A stretch of 64,000 bases of DNA, from positions 135-64,134 of the forward strand of contig JAUXAP010000003.1 of the NCBI GenBank assembly GCA_030619865.1. The letters are read 5' to 3'. This DNA comes from Dehalococcoidia bacterium (GTDB taxonomy: Bacteria; Chloroflexota; Dehalococcoidia; Dehalococcoidales; JAUXAP01). The translations under genes and the position numbers were made by a program. Below, one piece after another: positions 1-7,357 of the stretch. Each line of letters starts with the position of its first letter. The first letter of the stretch is position 1. Below the pieces are notes generated by a model. The model ran no database searches. It worked only from the letters and a program-made list of their open reading frames with translations, and was not told the DNA's origin.

Positions 1-215
1 CCTGACCTCACCCCAATGGGTTGGGATTGGGTGTCGAAAAGTTGGGGTGCCACCACTCCGATGTCGATAAGAGTAGTGAAAGAATTATCGACTGGCCTGG
101 CTAAACTAAGTCAGCAGAGGTTAGCCAGGTAAGATAAAAAGAGTTGACTAAGCTTGTAGTATATTCTGGACAGCTTCTTCTGGACGGGGAGTTCAACTCT
201 CCCCCGTCTCCACCA
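1..215 (+). ncRNA. ssrA: tmRNA (ssrA), 3' portion; 5' part lies upstream of the window
   Basis: 181-215 reads GGACGGGGAGTTCAACTCTCCCCCGTCTCCACCA: T-arm (GGGAG/TTCAACT/CTCCC), acceptor 3' strand and encoded CCA. No matching tRNA 5' acceptor strand or D/anticodon arms in the preceding ~80 nt, as expected for the tRNA-like domain of tmRNA. No credible ORF in 1-190. Confidence 0.7.
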
Positions 216-1773
216 GAAACACGGACGAGTCTTGAAAAGGCTCGTTGATGATATAAATCTTAGACCCGGTACGGGCCGCCGCCACCCTGAAGATTGGTCT
301 GAAGAGTGGTTTTGGTTTTATGGCAACAATCGATTTCATCTTCTTCGCATCGACATATACCGCATCCAGCATGGAGAGAAGGAATTTTCTTCTCTCTTCC
401 TGATTAGCCTTGGTCCACAACATTGGCAGGTCAAGAATAAGCTTCCCAGCTTCTTCCGCAGCATCGGCTTGAGGTACTATCAGGGATTCAAGTTCCATTT
501 CCAATAGCTTCTTTTTCCGGTAGTACTCCCCGTCAGGGAAAACTCCGTCAATATATGCCTTTGCCATCCGGCGAAGTTTTTCTTGTGCGTTTTGTCGCTT
601 CCTGCTTATCGTCTCAACTTCATCCTTCAGGCTAATAATAGTCATTACCTCTTCTAACCATCGGGGTCCTAACTCAATAGCTTCAATCAAACCGGTAATC
701 TGATTATCAATGATAGAACAGGTAATTGAACCACCACCAGAGCATATGCCATGACTTCTTGAGGCTTTATGCTCTCGGTAGAAAGGTCTGCCGCTCTTAT
801 AAGTCTGCGCCCACATGGGCATTCCGCAGTAGGCACACCTCACTATTCCTTTGAGCAGGTAATACCTTTCCGGGCGAACCTGAAGGGTCTCAGACCGTCC
901 ACTGTTCTTCTTCAGCGTAATCTGCACAGTCTCATAAATATCCGCACTAACCAGTAGTTCATGAAGTCCAGGGAAAAGCTTCCCCCGATGGGTTATTTTT
1001 CCTGCGTAGAAAGTATTATGTAAAATACCTCTCACGGATGCTGTGGTAAACAATCGCGGACCTGATGTTATATTACCCGCTGCATCTAGAAGCTGATGCA
1101 TGTTTCTCGTCCGGAATCCCTGTCCATTAAGCCAACCGGCAAGTTGACTGAGTGTCGTATTCCCTACGGCATATCTCTGGAATAATTCAACTACTGCACT
1201 ACCCTCTTTCGGGTGTACGTGGATCCCACCAGGATGCTCTGGTTCGCACTCTTGTTTCCGGTTACCTTTTTTACCTGTCCAGCAGGATTCATAACCGAAA
1301 GGAATACCGCCAGTATGTTTACCTTCATGGGCCCTCTGTTCCAATCCCTTACTGACGTGATTAGCCAGAGCGCCAGAGAAATATTCAGCAAATGAGCCGA
1401 TCATCTGGGTAAACAGCTTGCCCTGAGGCGTGGTGTAATCTATCTTTTCGGTGATGGATACCAGCGATACATTGTGTTTAGCCAGGATTGATAAGGATTC
1501 CATAGTTACTTTCATGTTCCGTGACCATCTGTCCAGAGTATGAACGATAACCGCATCAAACCTGTCTTTACTGGCATCATCAAGGAGTTTTTTAAAAACA
1601 GGCCGGCGGGATATGGCCTCGACGTGGGCTGACCTGCCTTCTTCCCGGTAAACTCCAATCGGTTCCCAGTCTCTGTTCTTGCAGAGATTCTGAAATAACC
1701 GTTCCTGTGCATCCAAGGAATGCCCTTCCACCTGAGAGAGACTGGATACCCTGATGTAGGCAACGGCTCTCAT
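193..1773 (-). CDS. large serine recombinase (phage-type serine integrase)
   Basis: 526 aa. N-terminal resolvase catalytic domain (MRAVAYIRVSSLSQ), central recombinase domain, Cys-rich zinc-ribbon segment (CAYCGMPMW...C) and long helical C-terminus. Stop codon lies 23 nt inside the ssrA 3' end. Confidence 0.9.
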   Translation of the reverse strand: MRAVAYIRVSSLSQVEGHSLDAQERLFQNLCKNRDWEPIGVYREEGRSAHVEAISRRPVFKKLLDDASKDRFDAVIVHTLDRWSRNMKVTMESLSILAKHNVSLVSITEKIDYTTPQGKLFTQMIGSFAEYFSGALANHVSKGLEQRAHEGKHTGGIPFGYESCWTGKKGNRKQECEPEHPGGIHVHPKEGSAVVELFQRYAVGNTTLSQLAGWLNGQGFRTRNMHQLLDAAGNITSGPRLFTTASVRGILHNTFYAGKITHRGKLFPGLHELLVSADIYETVQITLKKNSGRSETLQVRPERYYLLKGIVRCAYCGMPMWAQTYKSGRPFYREHKASRSHGICSGGGSITCSIIDNQITGLIEAIELGPRWLEEVMTIISLKDEVETISRKRQNAQEKLRRMAKAYIDGVFPDGEYYRKKKLLEMELESLIVPQADAAEEAGKLILDLPMLWTKANQEERRKFLLSMLDAVYVDAKKMKSIVAIKPKPLFRPIFRVAAARTGSKIYIINEPFQDSSVFLVETGES

Positions 1774-1967
1774 TAATCTATTTCCTTTTCCTTCCTTAAA
1801 GCTATCGATAAGGAGATATCGGCTAGAGTTTCCAGGAATGTCTTTATCATCAGTTTATCTACCTCACTTGGTTCCGTCTCCGTTGTGGCGGACACTGTAT
1901 ACGCTTCGTGTATACCCGTCAACACGTTTTCGTCTGTTTTGGGAGAAATATTTTCCAAACCAGTCAT
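1773..1967 (-). CDS. hypothetical small protein
   Basis: 64-aa ORF whose stop overlaps the recombinase ATG by 1 nt (TAATG), suggesting coupling. No recognisable motif. Confidence 0.4.
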   Translation of the reverse strand: MTGLENISPKTDENVLTGIHEAYTVSATTETEPSEVDKLMIKTFLETLADISLSIALRKEKEID

Positions 1968-2035
1968 TTCTTCCTCTCCGAATCATTGATAAGACGAAGG
2001 AGAGTCGCGTATCCAATGTCCAGTTCCTTTGCGGC

Positions 2036-2584
2036 CTAGCTCCTTGATATATTCCCTAGCTGTAATCGCTCCAAAACTACTCCAAAACGCGGTTTGAAGC
2101 CTCGCCTATCCATTACCCTTGGTCGACCGATTTTGTGCCCCATTTTTCTCGCTCTGTCCATACCCGCCTTTACTCTTTCTCTTAAGATTCCTCTCTCCAG
2201 TTGAGCATAGGCAACGGTAATGTAATAAAGAGCTTCTCCGAAGGGAGAAGTGGTATCAAGCCAAGGTTCGGAGTAAGATCTTAGGCCAACTTTCCATGAT
2301 CTTATTCTCTCTAAGGTAGTCGCGGCATCCAGTACCGACCGAAAGGCCCGGTCCATTCTCCATACCAGAATAAGGTCGAACTTCCTGTGACTGGCGTCGT
2401 TGAGTAAATCCTTCCAGGCATACCGATGAGTAATGTCTGTCGCTGAGACGTAGTCGATATATTCCCGGAAGATTATCCCGCTGTCATGGGCATCGACGAA
2501 CTCTCGCATCGGCATGAGCTGAGTCAAAGGATTTTGCTCCTTATCCGATGTCGATACTCGGGCATAGATGCCAAACTTCGTCAA
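2036..2584 (-). CDS. small serine recombinase (resolvase/invertase family)
   Basis: 182 aa. MTKFGIYARVSTSDKEQ catalytic-Ser motif, resolvase core, GRPRV linker followed by a short C-terminal HTH-like tail. Confidence 0.85.
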   Translation of the reverse strand: MTKFGIYARVSTSDKEQNPLTQLMPMREFVDAHDSGIIFREYIDYVSATDITHRYAWKDLLNDASHRKFDLILVWRMDRAFRSVLDAATTLERIRSWKVGLRSYSEPWLDTTSPFGEALYYITVAYAQLERGILRERVKAGMDRARKMGHKIGRPRVMDRRGFKPRFGVVLERLQLGNISRS

Positions 2585-2603
2585 TTAGTACCACCTTTCA
2601 TAT

Positions 2604-3074
2604 TTATAACTTCCTCTTTTCTTCATTGATCAGTTTTATCAATTCCTGTTCACGTTCACGGCTCTTTACTATCTCTGTCCATTCATTCTGTAATTTACTG
2701 ATACGTTCAGGCAGCTGGTGAAACGTCTTTATCGTTGTCTCCAGCTTATCAATGAGTTCTTTACACGTTGCTTCTGTCTGTTCTCTTATCACTTTCAGCT
2801 GGTCGTATTCCAAAACGAATCGGCTCTTACCATGACTGATCAGTTTTTTTATATTCAGATTAGTGAAGATCAGTCCGGTAAGTGACGGTAATACCTCAAT
2901 GCCGTAATCTTTAATAGCTCTATTTGCTATCTGACCGGCAGTTGCCCGGATAATTCCTTCCAAGGCTAATGCGCAGGCAGCCTGTACTAACACCAGTTGT
3001 ATCTTCAATTCTTTAAGACCCCTGTTGGTTGAATTCCCTATAAAAATATTTAAGATGTCATCTGTTTGCTGCAT
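2604..3074 (-). CDS. hypothetical protein, helical/coiled-coil C-terminus
   Basis: 156-aa ORF in the same-strand gene train. No family recognised. Confidence 0.45.
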   Translation of the reverse strand: MQQTDDILNIFIGNSTNRGLKELKIQLVLVQAACALALEGIIRATAGQIANRAIKDYGIEVLPSLTGLIFTNLNIKKLISHGKSRFVLEYDQLKVIREQTEATCKELIDKLETTIKTFHQLPERISKLQNEWTEIVKSREREQELIKLINEEKRKL

Positions 3075-3152
3075 TTAATGTTGGTCCTCTCTTTTTCTGT
3101 ACTAGTACTACAATATATATGTGCGTTGTCGTCGTTGTTGTTGTATTCACAC

Positions 3153-3353
3153 CTACCCACTACCTATACCCGTACCCTGTAATGGCTGTTCCTCCAGTAT
3201 TTTCCTTACATAGGTCTGATCAGTAATGAATCCCCGGAAATGCCTGCCATCTTTTCCGCATACCAGCATGATGAAGAGTTTATTACTCTTCCTTCCCTTT
3301 GCTATCCTTACCGATAAGGTATTTGCACATATGGGACAGTTAATCTCCTTCAT
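3153..3353 (-). CDS. small zinc-ribbon protein
   Basis: 66 aa with CPIC...CGKDGRH. Its start overlaps the upstream ParB-like stop by 4 nt. Confidence 0.5.
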   Translation of the reverse strand: MKEINCPICANTLSVRIAKGRKSNKLFIMLVCGKDGRHFRGFITDQTYVRKILEEQPLQGTGIGSG

Positions 3354-3985
3354 TCTATTTCCTCCCTCTCTAAATAGAATTTACATAGCAGATACATTGC
3401 TGTACTCCTGGTATTAGGACTCTTAGCTTTATCATCTCTAGCTTTGGGTAGTATCCGGCTTAATGCCTCTTCCACCGTTTCGAGTTGTTTGTTAGTGAAC
3501 TGTAATACCATGTGCTTTAGCTTGGCAGCTTGCGACTGTTCCCACGCCTGCAGGTGCTCGGCCAAATCGGATTGATTGAAAGATGCCAGAGATCTCAGGC
3601 TTTCTGTTGTTTCCGGAAGGAGTGAAAGTACTTTATCTTCCGGAATAGATGCGAGGATATTCCTGAAGAGTGCTCCCTTTTGTGCCTGGTCATCTTCTCC
3701 ATGAATCCCGTTTAATGTTTGTGCCAGCAGCATCGATTCGGCATCGTTTAAATTGACTACTACACATGGAACCACACTGAATCCCATGTTCCTTATTGCC
3801 TTTAACCGGTGGTTACCGGAAAGCACCTCATAGAATGCATCATCTTTTGGCCTTACTACCAGAGGTTCCACCAAACCGTATCGGGAAAGGCTCTCGATGA
3901 GACGACTGAGTGTTATATCGTCCATATGGTTTGGATTCCAGGGGGCTTCGTTAAGTCTCTCGATCGGTAGTTCATTTACTTTCAT
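3350..3985 (-). CDS. ParB N-terminal (ParB/Srx-fold) nuclease-like domain protein
   Basis: 211 aa. N-terminal pattern PIERL...NPN...LVEPLVVRP...YEVLSGNHRLKA typical of ParBc domains. 4-nt overlap with the upstream ORF. Confidence 0.75.
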   Translation of the reverse strand: MKVNELPIERLNEAPWNPNHMDDITLSRLIESLSRYGLVEPLVVRPKDDAFYEVLSGNHRLKAIRNMGFSVVPCVVVNLNDAESMLLAQTLNGIHGEDDQAQKGALFRNILASIPEDKVLSLLPETTESLRSLASFNQSDLAEHLQAWEQSQAAKLKHMVLQFTNKQLETVEEALSRILPKARDDKAKSPNTRSTAMYLLCKFYLEREEIE

Positions 3986-4674
3986 TTCTTCTCCTTCTTC
4001 GGATACGGTAATATCTTTGTGGCCAGTCTCTTTCTGTAAGATGGATCGAGAAAATAAATATATCTGTGTTTACGCATTTGGGGCACGATTCTTACTGTTA
4101 ATCCGTAAGACTCAAGGTGTTTCAAGGAATGAGTTCCATAGGAATGGCTGAGACTCCTTGAGTGCCTTACCTTGCCGTCTCCCAAATCAAACATAGGCAT
4201 AGCTCCCGACAGTCCGGTATAAGTCCAACCGGAGGCCTGGTATATCGTACCCACGTGTCCCAGTGTTGGGTCAGCATAGGAGACGACAAATCTAACCATA
4301 GTGTTTTTCTTTAAAGCTCTTAGACAGATGGCAATTACTCTGGATTCGGAATTGGTCGGCAATTTATCAGAAAGCCAGAACCGGGTCAGTGTCAGACAAT
4401 CACTCTGGAATGCCCCCTCAATCAATCTGTACGCGTTATGCGGTCCGACTCCAAAGGTTATGGCACCCAGCAGTTTTCCATTAGTTAAAGCACCAAAAGT
4501 TAGTTTGGTGCCTCCAGGAATAGAATGCAGATAGTGGTGTTTTTCAATTAACTTTTTGGCTGCAATAAAAGGAATGGGTTGAATACGAATAGATTGGAGC
4601 GCCGTGCTGGGACTCGAACCCGCTCCTGCTTCACGGATTGAAGCTGTGCTTACTCTTACACCGACGGCGCTCAT
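3982..4674 (-). CDS. Mom-family GNAT-fold protein (putative DNA adenine modification enzyme); start uncertain
   Basis: Motif string KHHYLHS..GAITFG..LTRFW..NSESR..VSYADPTLGHVGTIYQASGWTYTG matches my recollection of Mom-like acyltransferases. The ORF is open to 4791. ATG 4674 is chosen as the nearest ATG, although family homology starts only near 4585. Confidence 0.6.
   Translation of the reverse strand: MSAVGVRVSTASIREAGAGSSPSTALQSIRIQPIPFIAAKKLIEKHHYLHSIPGGTKLTFGALTNGKLLGAITFGVGPHNAYRLIEGAFQSDCLTLTRFWLSDKLPTNSESRVIAICLRALKKNTMVRFVVSYADPTLGHVGTIYQASGWTYTGLSGAMPMFDLGDGKVRHSRSLSHSYGTHSLKHLESYGLTVRIVPQMRKHRYIYFLDPSYRKRLATKILPYPKKEKK
4596..4672 (-). ncRNA. tRNA-like element (non-canonical cloverleaf, 9-bp acceptor helix)
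   Basis: Minus strand: GAGCGCCGT CG GTGT AAGAGTAA GCAC A GCTTC AATCCGT GAAGC AGGA GCGGG TTCGAGT CCCAGC ACGGCGCTC C. Canonical T-loop and a perfect 9-bp acceptor. The anticodon loop lacks U33, the T stem has a bulged A, and there is no CCA. Confidence 0.35.
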
Positions 4675-4834
4675 TTTCCCACAACCCATTTTTTTGTTAT
4701 ACTCATTTGCGTATAGTATAAAGGCAGGTTTTTTAGTCGTGTGGGCATGTTTTCGCCATAACATAGACAGAATTACGCAAATTTCTGCCATTCTGGCTTC
4801 AATTTTTATGCGTCAATGCGGAGGGTATTGACAG

Positions 4835-5398
4835 GTGAAAAGAAACCAAGCCATAAAGTTCTGGAATGCTCTTGATGCCAGTACTAACATCAATGAGGTC
4901 ATTAGCAGTTTTGAGAATAAACATGGATATGATGGCAAACGGACGTTACAGCGATATACTCAAGCACATAAAGGATTCAGACAAGGCCTCTCCCTTCAAA
5001 ACATATCCTCTAAGACAGGATGGGGTAAATCATTTGTCGATAAACTTGAAGGATGGTGGAAAGGTGAGTTTACTCCACTAGCTAATACTCCAAGAAAAAC
5101 AAACGGTGAAGTTTTTTCAAATTCTCAAGAAAGATATTCGGAGGAATGGAACCATTACCACAAAATCAAAGAATCTATAATCAGGTTACAACATCCTTCA
5201 GGTATCAAGATAAGAGAACTTTTAGATATTATCGAGAGAGAACGCGTGACTTTAGATGATTCTAAACTTCAGAATGACTTGGATGAATTTATAGCAGCTG
5301 TACAAGAAAGTGTAGACCTCTATATGAGTATTCCACCAATCACGCAAGTAATTAATCGAACAAGTAGACGTATGAACAAGCGGTATCCAAGAAAATAG
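4835..5398 (+). CDS. hypothetical protein (possible HTH segment LSLQNISSKTGWGKSFVDKL)
   Basis: 187-aa ORF with a GTG start 9 nt after GGAGGG. Divergent from the minus-strand operon. Confidence 0.5.
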   Translation: MKRNQAIKFWNALDASTNINEVISSFENKHGYDGKRTLQRYTQAHKGFRQGLSLQNISSKTGWGKSFVDKLEGWWKGEFTPLANTPRKTNGEVFSNSQERYSEEWNHYHKIKESIIRLQHPSGIKIRELLDIIERERVTLDDSKLQNDLDEFIAAVQESVDLYMSIPPITQVINRTSRRMNKRYPRK

Positions 5399-5604
5399 TA
5401 CTCATCTTGATTGAATGTCAAATCCATACTTTTCATTCTTAGCTTTCACTTTCTCCAAAAGGGTTATGTCTTGTTGACATTTAATTATGGGTATATAATC
5501 ACCTTAACTAAAAAGACTTCCTTCTGGAAGTTCCAGTATAATCGTTCCCTTTTTAAGAGCTTGTTAACGATTGTACCTGAAGGTATAATTACTGGTAAGA
5601 CAAC

Positions 5605-6045
5605 ATGATTAAACGTTATGAACACACGCAGGTTGGTTATCTAATCATCGTGGCGATGGCAGCCGTGATGGTGTTGATTGGGGTTGTCCTGGCCAATGTT
5701 GGCATCAATTGGATTGCTATCGGTGTCTTGGTTGTCATTGCGGTAGCCTTAGTATTATTTTGCAGCCTGACCGTGGTTATCTGGGAAGATGAACTTGAAG
5801 TGCGATTCGGTCCTGGGTTAATCCGCAAACGGTTTAAGTTGAACGAGATAGAATCGTGCCAAGTTGTTAAGAATCCTTGGTACTATGGATGGGGCATTCG
5901 CTTGACACCTCACGGTATGCTATTCCGCGTATCCGGCTTTCACGCTGTCCAGATCAAACTTAGAACGGGTAAGAAGTTTCGAATTGGTACGGATGTCCCA
6001 CAAGAGCTTGAGGAAGCCATTAGGCAAGCCATAAATTCTCGCTAA
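5605..6045 (+). CDS. membrane protein, two N-terminal TM helices plus small soluble domain
   Basis: 146 aa. Hydrophobic stretch YLIIVAMAAVMVLIGVVLANVGINWIAIGVLVVIAVALVLF. TTGACA promoter-like box near 5480. Confidence 0.55.
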   Translation: MIKRYEHTQVGYLIIVAMAAVMVLIGVVLANVGINWIAIGVLVVIAVALVLFCSLTVVIWEDELEVRFGPGLIRKRFKLNEIESCQVVKNPWYYGWGIRLTPHGMLFRVSGFHAVQIKLRTGKKFRIGTDVPQELEEAIRQAINSR

Positions 6046-6070
6046 AGTAATTACTTTCCACATAAACCGA

Positions 6071-6100
6071 AGGTCACTGGTTCGAAGCCAGTCTCCACTA
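6071..6100 (+). other. tRNA/tmRNA 3'-end-like fragment (candidate distal att remnant)
   Basis: ACTGG TTCGAAG CCAGT CTCCACTA: T-arm plus acceptor-like strand, no 5' half upstream. Shares GTCTCCAC with the ssrA terminus. Confidence 0.35.
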
Positions 6101-6111
6101 CCCTGATTTGA

Positions 6112-6522
6112 CTAAATATTTAGGGTAGTATTAATGAATCTGATGATAAAGACAAACCCTGAAAATACCCACAAGATACTCTGACTTTTAATCAGGGTGT
6201 CACAGGTTCGAGACCTGTACGGCCTACTCTCAATCCCCTCTAACTCTTCTAACGAATGTCTAACCAATGCTTTCTCGTCCTGTTTTTGTGATGCTTTCTC
6301 TAACATCAAATCCATCGTATCCGCCGGGGCCCGTAGATCGCCCTCCCAGTGATTGTAGACGGTGAGGGTCACCATTTCACTGGCATGTCCAAGCACTCGG
6401 CTGATAACTTCTATCGGCTGTCCGGCTTTACGCTGCAGTGTGGCGTAGGTGTGCCGTAAGTCGTGTAGACGGATAGGCTTTAGCCCTGTATTCTGGACAA
6501 CCCTCTTAAAAACCTTGGCCAT
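6112..6522 (-). pseudogene. tyrosine recombinase/integrase, C-terminal catalytic fragment only
   Basis: Begins ...IRLHDLRHTYATL...VLGHAS...TVYNHW (R, HxxR and Y motifs) but lacks the ~200-aa N-terminal part. The frame runs on through the tRNA-Lys fragment. Confidence 0.7.
6180..6226 (+). other. tRNA-Lys(UUU) 3' fragment (anticodon arm to discriminator)
   Basis: TCTGA CTTTTAA TCAGG GTGTC ACAGG TTCGAGA CCTGT ACGGCCT A. No D arm and no 5' acceptor strand upstream. Confidence 0.6.
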
Positions 6523-6526
6523 ATTA

Positions 6527-6558
6527 GTAGGGGTGGGAAATTAATCTCCCACCCCTAC
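6527..6558. repeat. perfect 12-bp inverted repeat hairpin
   Basis: GTAGGGGTGGGA aattaatc TCCCACCCCTAC, directly at the break point of the truncated integrase. Confidence 0.8.
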
Positions 6559-7060
6559 TTTCGTACCCGGCCCTACCGCTAAGCCCGATTACAGCTGAGG
6601 CTTTCCGCACGGGAGGGGGGAGAGGAACATTTAAGCTGGTGGGCTAGAATAAATCCCCCAACGCCCTGGTTTCCCCCGACAGGACCAGCCTACAGTCTAG
6701 TTTTTACATCTATGCTACCTAGAAAAGCCGAAGGGCTCAAAGACACACCCACACTTTGGCTCTGAGCCCTTTTATTTGACTTATCTTCAGAATTGCTTTA
6801 GAATAGAAACAATTAGAAAATATCGTTACTTTTCACTCCCAGGAAAGGCCTGCCCCAACAGGTCTTTCCTTATTTAACCTTCTTTTGTTCCCTTTCAATC
6901 TTCTCGTCTATTGTCTCCTCAAGCCACTCTCCCAACGTCTTTTTTGAACGCAGGGCTTCTACCCGAGCTTTGTGGGGAGTGTCTGAATTTATCTTCATAT
7001 TGCGGAGCTTTCTAATAGGCTTTTCATTCAGCAGACTTACCACAGTTTATATAGGTACTC

Positions 7061-7090
7061 TTCATATAGAGACTATTCATATAGAGACTA
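7061..7090. repeat. tandem direct repeat 2 x 15 bp
   Basis: TTCATATAGAGACTA TTCATATAGAGACTA, followed by the hairpin TACTACA gcaagag TGTAGTA. Confidence 0.85.
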
Positions 7091-7357
7091 CTACAGCAAG
7101 AGTGTAGTACTAAATAATAGTATTGTCAACCTTCTGTGTAAAAATATTATCTAGTTGACTGCTATGCTGATGCTGGGAAATATGGAGAAGGCCAGGGAAT
7201 ACGGTGAGAGAGCCTACTTGAGCTTCTTTTGTAGCTTGCATTCCTTTCAACCTGGTATTATTATGGCATGAAACAGGGGATTTGCAGGCACCTAGCTTAA
7301 TCCAGTTAGAAATGAAAGGGAATCTAGGAATCGCTGGCGGAGCCGAGGCCATAATCT

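Larger units (their letters stand above)
216..6100. mobile_element. ssrA-adjacent integrated island (~5.9 kb) with serine recombinases
   Basis: Starts immediately after the ssrA CCA end. Recombinase gene overlaps ssrA. Cargo consists of phage/plasmid-type genes. A far-side T-arm/acceptor-like fragment sits at 6071-6100 in the same orientation. Confidence 0.55.

Noticed and set aside
4596-4672. Reading the tRNA-like element as tRNA-Sec or an opal-suppressor (alternative loop CTTCAAT, anticodon UCA)
   Set aside because: That fold has a mismatched anticodon stem and leaves no D arm. The element lacks the long variable arm of tRNA-Sec, and the competing GCTTC/GAAGC stem is perfect. It is kept only as an unclassified tRNA-like element.
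5411-5608. 65-aa TTG-initiated ORF between the two plus-strand island genes
   Set aside because: It overlaps the likely promoter of the 5605 gene, is AT-rich and low-complexity, and has no SD.
6093-6100. Treating the shared 8-mer GTCTCCAC as proof of an att core
   Set aside because: A given 8-mer is expected about twice by chance in 128 kb of two-strand sequence. Only its placement directly after a T-loop-like GGTTCGAAGCC makes it worth noting, so the att call is kept at low confidence.
7110-7352. 80-aa minus-strand ORF in the non-coding gap
   Set aside because: It has no SD, odd composition and no similarity that I recognise. It is treated as non-coding.
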